A DNA stretch of 64,000 nt from Felis catus (lineage: Eukaryota), in assembly GCF_018350175.1 (NCBI RefSeq), contig NC_058370.1:13082001-13146000 (forward strand), read 5' to 3'. Each line of letters starts with the position of its first letter. Position 1 is the stretch's first letter. Shown piece by piece: positions 11,150-23,895 of this stretch. Under the pieces are notes generated by a model. That model ran no database searches and was not told where the DNA came from. It worked only from the letters and a program-made list of their open reading frames with translations. Position numbers and translations under genes: made by a program.

Positions 11150-13929
11150 CCTTCCTGCCTCTATAAATACAACATGCATAATTAGTAATGCTTGGCAGAA
11201 AAAGAGACATAAAATAAAAATAAAAATCATATCTTAATTTTTTTGAAACTTCAAAATGAGTACTATTTTATTTGGACTTCCTTCTTACGGTCCAAAGGTT
11301 TTCTTCTCATCCATTAAGGAATCAAAAATTGACTCTCTACTTTAGCTTTCATTCCTTCTTAAACATTGCCTTTAATTCCCTGATGGCCGCCTGTCCACTA
11401 AAGACATTGGAATGTGACACACTCCAGGTTTCCAGCGATATTTCAAATATTTTCTTAAAAACAATTTTCATTTTGGCGAGACTCGGAATCCATGAACACG
11501 TTCTGTTATGCGTTCTCTTACTGTTTATATATAAAAAAAACTAATCTTCCTTCTGTTTTACACTTCTGTTTGTGCTCTATGTTATTTGTCTCTGGCTGCT
11601 GTGAAACAAATTCTGTTTTAAAAAAGAGTAAGTCCTATCTCCTTCCTCAATAACATCTGGGAAATCTGCTATTATGAACTCTTTTTTTTTCTCGAAGGAA
11701 TACAAAGGGCCTTGAAAATACATATTGTTATGTGTACATGAAGAGAGGAAAGGCCTTCAAACATTCCTATGATTCCCTCCAGGGTCGTTAGGAGGCATGG
11801 TTGTGAGCACAAGATTGTAACCTTCCCAGGAGAGAAGGTATAAAAAAGCCAGGCCTTAGAAAACGGTGGAGGATGATCTCTCCGCTGAACCTGGAACTTT
11901 GCTTATGTGAATAACGAACACTCCTCCTTTGTGCGACTGAATACGTGTGACAGGGAAGAAGCCGCCCGGCACGGGTCCACGTGCACCTGCTTGGTTTTCA
12001 TTATTTTCCGCCAGGGGAAATGTACGATTTCCCCACAGCAGGGAGGCCCGCGATTGTGACACACGGGCTCCCGGATGCCGTCGGGAGGCTTCCTGAGGAG
12101 GCCTCGTGGCTGTGACACGGGAGGCCCCGCCGCGGGCAGCGCCCGTCCTCTGCTTCTCTCTGGCTGTGAGGTTGCAGGTGGGCGGCTGGCGGGGGGGCCG
12201 GTGGCCGCGGCACCTGCAGGGTCGGCGCCCGGGGCTCAGCTGCGGGCCAAGGCGGAGCTCCGCCGGGCCAGGTCCCTGCTCTGGCTCCACCCAGAAGTTG
12301 GACTCATGAAGGAAAGCCTGCCCCTGCCTCCCGTGAACCCTCTGTCTCCATCCAGGTAGGTCCCCTAAGGCCAAGGTCAACCAGGAGCGAACGTCCGTTT
12401 GCCCAGAATGTGGGACACCAGCTCCTCAGGGGGGCCTCCTGGAAGGAAGAGGGCTGGTGGACGGGCAGGAGCCGGGCCCCCACCCCTGCTCCCCAGGCCA
12501 CAGTCCCCGGGAAGTCGCCCCTGTCCCTGCACACTCCTTCCCCGCTGGGAGAGGGGTCGAGAGCTGGCCTTCCTTCCCCGAGCTCTGGGAGGGCCTGCTG
12601 GGCTGCAGAGTATTTGAGTCCTGCACACAGTGGGGCCCCGGGTCTGGGCTGTTACCATGCGGGGAGTTCTTACCACGAGAGGGGGGTTTCTGGTGCCAAC
12701 TTGAGGAAGTTACTCGCGTCCCCAAGGACGAAACATAGACGAGAGCTGGGTCCTTAGGGGGATGTGGGCCCACCATCCACCATCAAGCGGCACCAACGTC
12801 TCAAAAACGTAAACAAGCGAAGCCGGGGACCGTCTGGTGGCCTGTCCACAGCCCCTCTGAACAGACCTGGACTCTCGTTTCTCATCTGGGAGCCGAGAGG
12901 CCTCTGTCTCCTTTGTCCCCGTTCTCTCCGTCCCTCCTTCTCACCCCCTCTTTGTTCCTCTTTCTGCCTTTGCTCAAACTGCAGCCCAGAATGCCCCGCG
13001 AAGGCACGAGTCCTCTGAGAAGCAGAGCAGCCGAAGGGAGAGTGTGTCCTTGATGATGCCGAGAGGCTGAAACCTTGACATTTTCCTGCGGTCGAGTTGT
13101 CTCCCCGTTTCCAGAGGTGGTGCGTCCACAGGGCTGGCGTGGGGTGTTCTGGGCACACCCGCCGCCTAAGGATGCCCCTCCCCTGCCTGTGGTGGGGGGT
13201 CCGGGAGGATCATGGCAGGTGATCACCGGCCCCTCAGTTTCCTCCATGAGTCTGGGCCCTGGCTCTGCCCCGGGCAGCAACCCCCCCCGCCCGTCTGGCA
13301 CCGGGCTCCATGCTGCCCCCATGTCCAGATCGGGGTCGGTCCTGGCCTGGCGAGGTGCCCACCGTCTCCTGGCCCCCTCGGGCCTGAGGGAAGCGCCCCA
13401 GCTGCTCCGGAGGAAGAACCACTCTGGCTTCCAGATCCGGGAGTTTTCGACAACGCTGCACAAGACCCGGGTTCCCTTCCTCGGTCGGTGGGGCCGCCAA
13501 ACGCCTGTCACTCAGGCCAGGGACCTGCCCACGTGTCATCCTGTGGGCTTCCCTCTTCTTCCAGCCCGCGTCCAGTCCACAAAACTCAAACTAGTCTCCA
13601 GTCTGTCTGTCCCTCTGTCCCCTGCCGTCACCCACGTCCTCGCTTGGGTCACCACCGCAGCCGGACGGCTCCTCCTGCTGGCCTCCTGGCCCCACGCCCA
13701 GATTGACGCTCCACAGACTCCCAGAGTGAGAGTGAGCCCCGTGAGATCCACAGGAGACACGTCCCCCTGAGTAGATGTGTCGGTGGAGGAAGGGGACCCC
13801 ACTTCCTGTTGCACCTGCAGAGCCCATCACGACTCCTGTGGGTTCTGCGAAATCATCTCCGATTGCCTCCCCTCCCTCCCTCTCAGGGAACCGGCCTCCT
13901 GGCTCCCCCTACAAACCCCAAGTCTCCCT

Positions 13930-14235
13930 GCCTCAGGGCCTTTGCACGTGCCACCCCCACTTCCCCAAGACCTGCTGCCTCATGCCCTTCTAGTCTCTGC
14001 TCAAGTGTCACCTCCTCAGATAGTAGCTGTGACCACCTGCCCATGGAAGCCGTCTGCACCCTACATCCTGTCCCTATTTCCTGCACAGCTGTCTCCATCT
14101 GAGATTGATTATTCGTCACCTTTTGACCCACAGGAATGGCAACTGTGTGAGAGCCGGAACCCCCTCTGTCTGTCTGTCTGCTGTTGGATTCCTGCTCTGA
14201 GGACAGAGTCGGTTCTTGATCTGCATTCGTTGAGT
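13930..14235 (+). mobile_element. L2 (L2a-like) 3' region
   Basis: 'cctcagggcctttgcacgtgc...gctcaagtgtcacctcctcaga...ggcaactgtgtgagagc' L2 hallmarks. Confidence 0.7.
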
Positions 14236-14787
14236 CACTGAAGGGCTGGGAAGAACAATAGAATGGAATCTTAAGAATTCTGAAATTGGAATCCTGGAAC
14301 ATTCGAGTCAGAAGGAGCCCTTGGAAATCGCTTAGTCAAACCCATTCCCTTTGCAATTTCGTGAACCGAGTCTCAGGAGGACAAGTGATTTGCTTCACAT
14401 CTGAGGCCCCGGGGCTGCTGCTCGGTTAGAGGGACCCGCGTAGCCCGCTGTGCTGTGTGCACCGGCTGAGGGGAGGCTCTCGGGACTTCTCCTCCCCTGA
14501 CACACGGCCGAGGACAGTAGGGACAGGTGGCACAAATAGGCCAGAGGACACATGATGAGAAGAAGTGGGTTCTGAGGAGACAGAGCTGGGGGGCGGGGGG
14601 GACGGGGGCCCAGAAAGGCTCCCCGAGCGCGAGCAGGTCGAATGGCCCGAGGGCAGGTGAACCCCACATGTGAGGCTCTTCGGCAAGAACGGGGTGAGGC
14701 CCGTCCCTCCAGTCCCTCAGGACTGCCCGGCTCAGCCAGAATGCACGTCAGACCATGTGCTCCCTCCTGGAAGCTTCTGCTGGCTTC

Positions 14788-14960
14788 TGTATCCGTTTCC
14801 TAGGGCTGCCTTGACAAGTCGCCACAAACCAGGGGCTCCAAACCACAGAGAGCGGTCTTCTCCCAGTTTGGGGGGACAGAAGTCCGGAACCACGGGGTTG
14901 GCGGGGCTGGTGCGTCTGGCGGCTCCGAGGGGGCCCCTGCCCCTTGCCTCCAGCTCGGCC
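14788..14960 (-). mobile_element. MLT1 LTR fragment
   Basis: 'tgtatccgtttcctagggctgcc..acaagtcgccacaaac...tctcccagtttggggggacagaagtcc' matches the MLT1A/B/C terminus. Confidence 0.65.
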
Positions 14961-16109
14961 ACGAGGACGAGGACTCAGACTCTCGTCCTCTGTGCATCTC
15001 GGGACCTAGAGCTGGCCTGGCCCAGCGAGGGCGGATCTGAGCCCCTGAGTGTGTGTCCCCCGGACCCTCGGACGGCCTGCGGGGCCCCTGAGGAGCACGA
15101 GGAGGAGGGGCGGGCAGGTTCGGGGCAGGGTCCCCAGGGCCCGGCTCCCGCCTCACATCTGAAGGTCACATTGGGCTTCTGCTGACGGGTGGACAGAGGC
15201 AGTGAGACGGAGCAAACGGAACAAGTCAAGACGACCCCAAGGACTTGGTCTGAGCAGCTGGAGAAATGGGGCACCTGGTGAGTCGGGGGAGGGGCGTCTC
15301 AGGAGGAGCCCGCAGGGCAGGGAGGGGCCGAGATGCAGGGAGACCAGGCCGGTGCTGAGCCGCCAGGTGGAACCTTCCGGAGAGGACGGGGCCTGAGCCC
15401 CCTCGCCCCAGGCTCAAGAGCTTCCTTCGTGGGAGCTGGAGGAAGACCACCTGCGTCGTCACGGAGCAGGGGAGGCCAGCCAGACCCTGCACTTGTGTCT
15501 CCCTCTGAGGGACAAAGGTCAGTGTCACAGCAGTCAGCTCTGATGCTGGCTCTGGGCCAAGACCCTTAATATTCCATGAGAACTGTGCACTGATGAAATT
15601 TTCATTAAAGAAACATTATCCCTTTCACTCTCCTTGTTATTCCGTGGCTCTGAGTGTCAGGCTAATTTGGGTTTGATTACCCCGGTGATCCGAAGATTGG
15701 AGCATTATTAAAAATTTAGATGAGCAATGATATGTCTGGACCTCCCTCTCCTCTCTCAGCCGGAGCACAAGGGCCTCTGCTAATGATTGCAGCGAACTGG
15801 GGCAGTCGTGGCAATTAGGGAGTTATCTGTAGTTGGAGGGAGCTTTGACCGCTCCGCCTCCCGCGGGAATTAGCTGCTCGCCTTGCAGGGCACGCGGATT
15901 TAATTGATAAAATGCATCAAAAGGAAACTCCAGTCCTGGACCCAGGTTTAGGACTGAGGGGCTGTCCGTTTGCCCGGGCGGCTCCCTTCCCCTTTCTGTG
16001 ACTCACACGTGCCCCGCGTGGAGAGTGAGGAGGCTGGACCGGGGCAGATGCTGAGACATGGTGGCCTGTGGGCTGAAATCAGCTTCCAGAGGGAGTCTGT
16101 CCTGTGCAC

Positions 16110-16350
16110 GGTCGTGTTTGTTTGATGCGCGTTTTCCCAGACTTGAGATCTCCAGTGCTGCGCGTTTCGCGTCTGTTCCCTTGTCTCATTTTCCCACCCA
16201 TGACATAGGTACACCTCTTCCCACTTCACTGACGGGGAAACGCTGGCCAAGATGGGTTAGGCGACTTTCCCTGGGTCGCCTGCTTGGCAGGAGGACAGGC
16301 AGGATTGGAACCCAGGTGGTCTGACTTCCAGAGCCAATGCTCTATTATCT
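16110..16350 (-). mobile_element. MIR
   Basis: 'cccacttcactgacggggaaacgctggcc...ggttaggcgactttccc...caggattggaacccagg..tctgacttccagagcc'. Confidence 0.7.
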
Positions 16351-16946
16351 GTGCTAGAATTCCACAGTGTTTCGAATTAATTAGTTACCAAATTTAAAAC
16401 ATTTGTTAATTTTCTATGAAAATAGAACTCACATGTTAAAAACTTGGAAGCTGTGGCTCGGTGTCCCTGAAGGATGCCCCTCTCTGGAATATCACTATTT
16501 TGTGCTTGCACAGGGCCCTTATTACTACCACCGTTTACCCTTTGTCAGGAGAGAGGGCAGCTTTCATAAAGAGAACTCCATCTTTCAGAAAGCCCAAGAG
16601 AAAAACTAGGAATCCGCTGGGTGGCCAGGGGACCCGTTTGAAAGCTCAGAGAGCACCTGAGGCTGCCAGCACTTGTGGGGCCAACAGCTCGGACAGAAGG
16701 GAGGTGCACTGAGACCTGTCCTATGTCTCCACCTCTTTCCCTTTGAGGAGTTTGGAGAGGGGCCCAGGGTCACAGAAACTGAGGGCTTTTCAGCAAGGAT
16801 GTTGATCCGAGGACATTAAAGTAGTAGAAGTGGGGGGCTACCAAGGGACCCAGGGCTTAAGGCCCAAGATCACAGAGAAAAATGAAAGTGGGTCTGATTT
16901 TCTGCAGAATTTTCCCTCTTGAAGCACAAGCTGATTCCTTATTAAA

Positions 16947-17177
16947 ATTTTTTTTTAATGTTTTATTTATTTTTGAGAGAGGGAAAGACACAGAGTTCAA
17001 GCAGGGGAGGGGCAGAGAGAGAGAGACAGACAGAGAGAGAGACACACAGAATCTGAAGCAGGCTCTAACTTCTGAGCTGTCAGCACAGAGCCTGACGTGG
17101 GGCTCAAACTTGTGAACCACAAGATCATGGCCCGAGGGAAGTCGGACGCTTAACTGACTGAGCCACCCAGGCGCCCC
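16947..17177 (-). mobile_element. Can-SINE (SINEC_Fc-type)
   Basis: Full-length reverse copy ending 'ctgagccacccaggcgcccc'. Confidence 0.95.
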
Positions 17178-17439
17178 AAATTTGCTGGTTCCTAAGAAGG
17201 ACAGACAAGAGACTCAGAAGACAAGCAGAAAGTGAGCAGCTGAGAGTCTAAGAATCTATGCAAAATTTTTCACCAATATCACAATCTTGTAATCATAGAA
17301 CTTGGAGTTCGGTGATCACCAAACAGGTGAAGCCATGGCCAATAAACTATGGTTTCTACTGAGTTCGTTGAAGGTGTTATTTTAGGAAGTAAGGATAAAC
17401 CCAAATAAACCAGATCTCATAAAAATGAGAAGTTGGTCT

Positions 17440-17562
17440 TGGGTGTGTAGGTGACTCAGTCGGTTGTGTGTCCAACTCTTGATCTCAGCTCAGGTCTTGA
17501 TCTCAGGGTCATAAGTTTAAGCCGAGGTTGGGCTCCATGCTGGGTGTGGAACTTACTTAAAC
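17440..17562 (+). mobile_element. Short, older Can-SINE
   Basis: 'gtgactcagtcggttg...actcttgatctcagctcaggtcttgatctcagggtc...gggctccatgctgggtgtggaacttacttaaa'. Confidence 0.8.
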
Positions 17563-18309
17563 AACAACACCCACAATGACAACAACAGCCACAAACAGAA
17601 AATCAATCTTGAATCACGGTATTCCGTCCTCACTCACACACAAAAAAGGTAAATCAGAATTCTCTCAGGAAATATAACATTATCTCTAAACACTACAATA
17701 TCTCGCACAAAATGCCTAGCCAGTATTCATAAAAATATTGCTAGATATATTAGAAAGAGGTCCAAATAACCAAAATCAAGGGGGAAAAATGAAAAACAAA
17801 ACAAAACCAAAAAAAAAAAAGGAAAAAACTTCATAGATGATTGGTTAATGAGACTATCAGAGATAAACTTAAATATCTATTAATGTATTTAATAAAGTGA
17901 TGAAGAGATCAAGAATATTATTAGAGAAATAGAATCTTTAAAAAAATCACATGTACAGTTGCCAATTGGAAGATACCGTTACTGAAATGAAAAATATAAT
18001 GGATTGATGTGAGAGTATATTGGACAAAGCAGATGATAGGATTTGTTGAAAATATCCATATTGAAGCACGGACACCGAAAAAGGATTGCAATTACACAGA
18101 AGAGGATTAAACCACTTGGAGAGTGGTAAAGAGGTCTAACATATGTATAACTTAAATCCTAAAGAGAGGAAAGAGAAAGTCAGAAGTGCTATAGGAAGAT
18201 ACATAACTGAGGGCTCCCCAAAGCTGATGAGAGGTGGTAAGTCACAGACGCAAGAAACCCCAGCACACTAAACACAAAGAAACACACCCCTGAGAGGCAA
18301 CAATGGTCA

Positions 18310-18540
18310 GGGGTGCCTGGGTGGCTCAGTTGGTTGAGCGTCCGACTTCGGCCTAGGTCATGATCTCACACTTCATGGGTTCGAGCTCCGTGTCAGGCTG
18401 TGTGCTGACAGCTCAGAGCCTGGAGCTGTTTTGGATTCTGTGCCTCCCTCTCTCTCTGCCCCTCCCACTCCCGCTCTGTCTGTCTGTCAGTCTCTCTCTC
18501 TCTCTCTCTCTCAAAAATAAATAAATAAACATTAAAAAAA
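18310..18540 (+). mobile_element. Can-SINE (SINEC_Fc-type)
   Basis: ggggtgcctgggtggctcag head, (CT)n, aaaataaataaataaac tail; degenerate TSD aacaatg(g)tca. Confidence 0.95.
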
Positions 18541-18958
18541 GGAGAAAACAATGTCAATCTAGAAGTGCATTCCATTAAAATTATCTTTTGGAGGTGAGTA
18601 CTAAATAAACGTTTCCACGTGAGCAAGAGCAGGTAATTCATTGTCAGCAGACCTGCATTAAAATACATACCAAGTGGAGTTCTTTAGACAGAAGGCAAAA
18701 TTTTTCTAAATGAAAAATACAGGAAAAAAAGATGGGAAGCAATAGAAAGTGTAAATACATTGGGACATTTAAATTAACCACAAGTGCACAAAATAGCAAT
18801 AATAATAATAATCAAGTGTGGAGGTTCATAGTATATGTAGAATTAAATTACTTGCCAAGGGTGTCACTATAACAGAAGGAGGCTAAATGGTTTTAAAGAA
18901 TTCGAAAGCTCTTCCATTGTCCAACTGGTGAAGTTGTAGGTTAAGGTAATTCCTACTT

Positions 18959-19177
18959 GGGGCGCCTGGGTGGCTCAGTTGGTTAAGCATCCAACTTCGG
19001 CTCAGGTTATGATCTCACAGTTCATGAGTTCGAGCCCCGTGTTGGGCTCAACACAACCCAGAGCCTGGAGCTTGGCTTCAGATTCTGTGTCTCCCTCTCT
19101 CTCTGCCCCTCCCCCACTTGTGCTCTGCCCCCCTCTCTCTCTCAAAATAAATAAATATTAAAAAAATTGAAAAAAAA
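18959..19177 (+). mobile_element. Can-SINE (SINEC_Fc-type)
   Basis: ggggcgcctgggtggctcag head through A tail. Confidence 0.95.
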
Positions 19178-20971
19178 GGTAGACCCTAGTAATGTGTAGG
19201 ATATCCACTAAAGAATAATAGAATAAGTAAGACTGACAACTTAATGTAAGCTTATAGTTTAGGATAATAAAAAGCCCTACTTGATTAATACAAAACAGGC
19301 AAGAAAGGAGAGGAAAAGTGAACTAAATAGAAAACCAATAATAGGAGGATAAGGTTAAATCACTGGAATAATTACATTAAAGGTAAACAGATTAAATTTA
19401 AAAAGAGAAGGACCAGTCCGATTTTTCATCCACAGAGAAACACAGATCTGTCTCTCACCTACTGCACATGTTTCAAAGGTAGATGTGCTTGTGACTCACT
19501 CGAGGAGCTCACGGAAATGTGGGACTCCCCGGGCCCAAGTTCAATGTTCAGGGGCAGGATTTGAGAAGCTGCATTTATACTAAGCACAGACCTGTCTTCG
19601 AGGGAACGAGAGTTGCAGGAATGAGGATAAACCGAAAGCACACAGTTGTTTTTCGTGGAGCTTAGAGATCAACGAGGGAATAATACAGGCACACAAATGA
19701 ATGCAGGAAATCGCAGAAGTGTCTTCAGTGAGGGACCTCTGCCCTCATGCAAACGACCCAGGGTCAGAGATCTCCCGTCATCTCAACCAGTCGGGTCTTG
19801 ACAATAGCTGTGAGCAGGAGCCCGAGTGGGCAGGGATCCCCCCACGTACTTGTCTGCTTATTGATGGAGCTCAGCTCAAGCAAAGAAAGTTAAATCCGGG
19901 CTGGAGAAGGAGGCTGATGCTGTGCAGGGACACATGACTCCATCTGGTTCAGGATGCCTGTCCCTCCCCGCCCCCCCCCCAAGCCCTACTGGAGACAGAA
20001 CACCAAGGGGGAGGGGCTGTGGTTTCAAGGCCAAGAGCAGCTGGCCGGTTCACTGGCTCCTGGTGTCCCCAGGGGTCCCAGGCCTCAGCAAGTGAAGGTG
20101 AAATAGGGATTTGATCCCAGAGAAGGAGGGCTCACGCCGGCCCTGAGGTACTGGGAAGCTCTTTCTGTGACTGAGCTTCCGGATCCACAAAGCTGGGCCT
20201 GAAAAGGGGTCCCCTAAGGCAGAGGCCATGTGGGTGGGGGGTGCAGGCCTGTGCTGCCTCTGGCTGCCCAGGACACACGTCCGGGGCTGTGAGCGTCTCC
20301 TGGCGAGCTGACGTGATTGGAGGGGGGCTCCAGAGTCCTTGGCATCACGACCGATGTCCTAGGACGGACCCAGGGAGGTGGTGGTGGCAGTGACTGGGGC
20401 CACGCTGATCTGCTCAACTCCACCAGGGGGGAAGAAGATGAGGATGCGGGTGACTTTGCCCTTGTGTCATTTTTGGAATTCTACAATTAATTTTTAATTA
20501 TACAACTAACAGAGGGATGTGCTTTCTGGGCCCACATAGCGCTCAGAACAATTCATTTGAAAAGACCCAGCACTCAGAGACATTGTCATGAATTCACACA
20601 AATCTGGGAAGAAGAGAAAGTCCTCGAAGCCTCCAGAGAGGAGTTGCTCTCAGATTCAGGACCGGGACTCAGGAAGCAGCCCTGGGGCTGGAAGAGAGCA
20701 GCAGCTTCAAACCTCTTGGGAAATTTACTCCGAGCCTAGAGCGTGAACCACGGCCACGTCACAGATCAAGGGCAAGGTCAGAGTGAGCACGTTCGCCTGC
20801 AAGATGGCAGAGACTCATCTCCTCCGTGCCCTTTCTCGGGAAGCCACGGGCAGAGGACATGCTGCACCAGCAAGGGGTGGGTCAGCAATGCCACCCTGGG
20901 TCCCAGACAAGGAGGTGGGAGATCCTTGGGAGGTGGGGGAGGGGCAGAGTCTCCAGGACGAATCAGAGCAC

Positions 20972-20989
20972 GGGGGGGGGGGGGGGGGG
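20972..20989 (+). repeat. G18 homopolymer
   Basis: 18 consecutive G. Confidence 0.95.
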
Positions 20990-21393
20990 AACGGCAGGAA
21001 GCAGATCTCGAGAGCAGCCCAAGAAAACCATCAACCAGCCGGTCTCCTTACCTGGCGGTGTGAGCCTCCTGAGGGGCGGGTTATAGGCAAGGCTTGGACT
21101 GTAGGGATGGATTAGCGACAGCAATGGAGAAAACGTAGGAGGTGAGAGATCAATTGTTTCTAGGGGGAAAAAAATGTTGTACATGCAAGGTCATTAAAAT
21201 ATACACCACACAGCTCTACCGTGAATGCTTTTTACCTGATTATGGCAGCGTGAACACGAACACGTTCCTTATGCACCATCAAGTCCTGATTTGACTCTGC
21301 CGGGGTGATAGGGGAGGGTGAAGGTATGAGCCTGGCTAGTCTGTGACCTAAATCCTCATGGTTTATCGTAGGTGAGCAACAGGCAATGTTTAA

Positions 21394-21609
21394 CATTTTT
21401 TTAATGTTTATTGTTGAGAGAGAGAGAGAGAAAGAGACAGAGCATGAGCAGGGAAGGGGCAGAGAGAGAGGGAGGCACAGAATCCGAAGCAGGCTCCAGG
21501 CTCTGAGCTGTCAACGCAGAGCCCGACACGGGGCTCAAACTCACGGACCGTGAGATCGTGACCTGAGCGGAACTCAGATGCTTAACCGACTGAGCCACCC
21601 AGACACCCC
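21394..21609 (-). mobile_element. Can-SINE (SINEC_Fc-type)
   Basis: Full copy; TSD caggcaa(t/g)gtttaa at 21380-21393 and 21610-21623. Confidence 0.95.
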
Positions 21610-21779
21610 CAGGCAAGGTTTAAAATAGAGAAACAAGTAACAGCATAAACATGTCAGTTAGAAATACTGAGGAACATGGGAGGAGAAACAGCTCAAGAGT
21701 AGAAGTGGTGATTCCTGGAAAGCAGCCATCAATGGGGGCAACAGAGGGCTGGAGTCTGCAGTTTTTCCTTACGAGTCTG

Positions 21780-22920
21780 GGAGACGCGTTCTTTCTCCTC
21801 CAGTCTGTTTTCTCCCCACTGTTCGGAACAAGAAATCTCTATAGTTTTATCTTCCGTTTCACCAATTCTTGCCCCCTTCCCTTGCCTTCTGCAACTGAAC
21901 CCAGCTATTCAGCGTTTCAAAGTTTTGGTTATTGCATTTTCTTCAGTCCTCAACTTTCCGCTTGGTTCCTCTCTATATTGTTGTGGATGCTTTGCTGCGT
22001 CTTTGCTGAGACTTTATTTTCATTTGTTTCTGGTGGGTTTGTAATTGCTCACTGGAGCATTCTTACAACGGCTGCTTTAAAATAATACGCGATCATCCCG
22101 ACATCTGTGCTGTCTTGATGTTGGCATCTGTTGTCTTTCCCCATTCTAGTTAAGACCTTCCAGATTCTTGGCAAGAGGAGTGGTTTCCAGTGGAATCCCT
22201 GACTGTTGGGTGTTAGGCTGGGAGACCCTGGATCTTGGCCTCCCCATATCACACCGGTCACGATGACTCACTATTGCCAGGTTGGGATGGAAACACTGGT
22301 TCCCCTCTTGGCCTCCATTGACACCCTGGGGCAGAGGGTGCCTCGTTTCTGCTAGGCAGAGAAGGTTTTGGCTTCTCATGAAGTTTCTGCTCGTAGCACT
22401 CTGGCTTGGGGGTGCACACATATCTCATTAGGGGCCTCCACTGTGTCGGGGCACAGGGGGAGAGTGGGGGCTTGTTACCCCAAGCAAGTCTGGAAGTCTA
22501 GGCTCACTACTCTGCCTTCTCTGACCCCACCCAAGTGGGGGTTGGGGGCCTCCTATTACTGGTTGCAGGTGGAAGTTCAGGTTCCTTGCTTGATCCTTGC
22601 AAGCATGGGTGGGGGTGGGGCTGAGGTTTTTCCATGTGTTTGCCTGGAGTGGGGCGGCTATCGTCTGGAAGTTTTTCTGTCTTGCCAGGCTGCCCCATGT
22701 CTGGTTCTTCAGCTGGAGAAAGTGGGCTTTTCTTGAGATCTCGGATCACCAGCTTCTCCATTACCTTCTCCGGAGTACACGAGGGAGCAAACTATCACGT
22801 TATTCCTCACAGCCCGAGGTTCCTAGCTGCTCTGTCTTCTTCTCTCTACCTTTCAGAGTCTTCGACTGTTTCTGGCTGCACTTAGAGGGACGACCAGGGA
22901 AAAGTGTTTCCGCTGTTTTT
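21780..22920 (-). mobile_element. Ancient L1M 5'/ORF1 remnant
   Basis: T-rich stretch 'ttggttattgcatttttc...ccgcttggttcctc...gtaattgctcactggagcatt..ggctgctttaaaat' typical of antisense L1MC/L1M4. Confidence 0.55.
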
Positions 22921-23199
22921 TTCCCTTCTTGCGCCTCACCGTTTGCAATAATTGCGTGTCTTTCGTGGTTTCAGCTTTTCAGGAAGGATTCGTGCGTAGC
23001 ACTATCTTCTTTCGGGTCACCCTGGGCCCTGGGTTCCAGGAACTCTACTTCCTTATTTTCTCATTATCCTTAGGGCTTAGTGGCTTTCTTCCACTGTGGT
23101 TTGGGTCACTTCCTACTGCTCAGCCTCCATTTCTTCTCCCTCCTAAGTAACCGATTCTATTTGTTTTTCAGATTAGGATGGTTTCATTTTTCCGCCTGG

Positions 23200-23630
23200 A
23201 TCCTGATTTACACAAAAGGTATGAGCATTCATATTTTACTTTGGTAGTTATTGCCAAGTCCCCCCCGCAAAATGTCTGTCCCTGTTCAGACTGAGAGGGG
23301 TATGTGCTTCTCCTCAGGCCTGCAAATTTTGCCTGGCTGATCTGATCGGTGAGAAAAAGGATATTTTAATTGTCATTTTCATTTTCCTAATTAAAGATCA
23401 AATTCTCATCTTTTCATGTTTGTTGCCTGCTTGCATTTCTCTTCAGTGAACCGTCCATTCATATCTGCTGTCAATTTTCTTATTGAATTACTTATTGTAT
23501 TTTTCCTATTGCTTTATAGGAGCATGTTAAATTAATCCTTTGTTATGTATAAGCCAGCCATCTCCTCCTCGTCCTTGTTTATGCGATCCTTTGTTGTGCA
23601 GAAGCTATAAATTTGGATCTATTCCATTGT
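23200..23630 (-). mobile_element. L1ME-like fragment
   Basis: 'gagaaaaaggatattttaattg...catcttttcatgtttgttg..ttgcatttctc..gtgaaccgtccattcatatc..aattttcttattg' antisense L1 3' region. Confidence 0.65.
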
Positions 23631-23829
23631 GAGAGAAACCTAACCCTAACAAAAGTAGCAAATCAACTGTATTGGATCATGTAACTGAACAACTCAGAGA
23701 CAGGGCTTCAGGTGCCGGCCGATCCGGCAGCTCAAACAGGGGCCTGAAGATACTGTTTCAGCTTTGCTTTTTTTCATAATACTGTCATTCCCGGCCTCAA
23801 TAGCGTAGCAACATGACTCATCGTAGCTT

Positions 23830-23895
23830 CATTTATAAGAATGATTATAAGAATAAGATAAGAATGATTTATAAGAATTCATTTATAAGAATGAA
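23830..23895. repeat. Short degenerate tandem repeat of ~(TTATAAGAATGA)
   Basis: tttataagaatgattataagaataagataagaatgatttataagaattcatttataagaatga. Confidence 0.8.

Larger units (their letters stand above)
17600..19420 (+). mobile_element. Decayed ancient L1M/HAL1-like ORF1 region, interrupted by two SINEs
   Basis: Strongly A-rich plus strand with ORF1-like phrases ('gttactgaaatgaaaaat', 'gaggtctaacatatgtataa', 'aattcattgtcagcagacctgcatta'); no intact ORF. Confidence 0.6.
20500..21770 (+). mobile_element. HAL1-like (half-L1) remnant, interrupted by a SINE
   Basis: 'gagaaagtcctcgaagcctccagagag', 'ccctttctcgggaagccac..gaggacatgctgcaccagcaa' and 'cagctcaagagtagaagtggtg' resemble remembered HAL1 consensus. 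Confidence 0.5.

Noticed and set aside
12075-12359. Exon-like segment (ttgcag| ... CAG|gtaggt) with ORF
   Set aside because: Resembles a GC-drifted MLT1-type LTR and the peptide is unrecognisable
12882-13770. 231-aa and 209-aa antiparallel ORFs
   Set aside because: GC-composition artefact, no homology recognised
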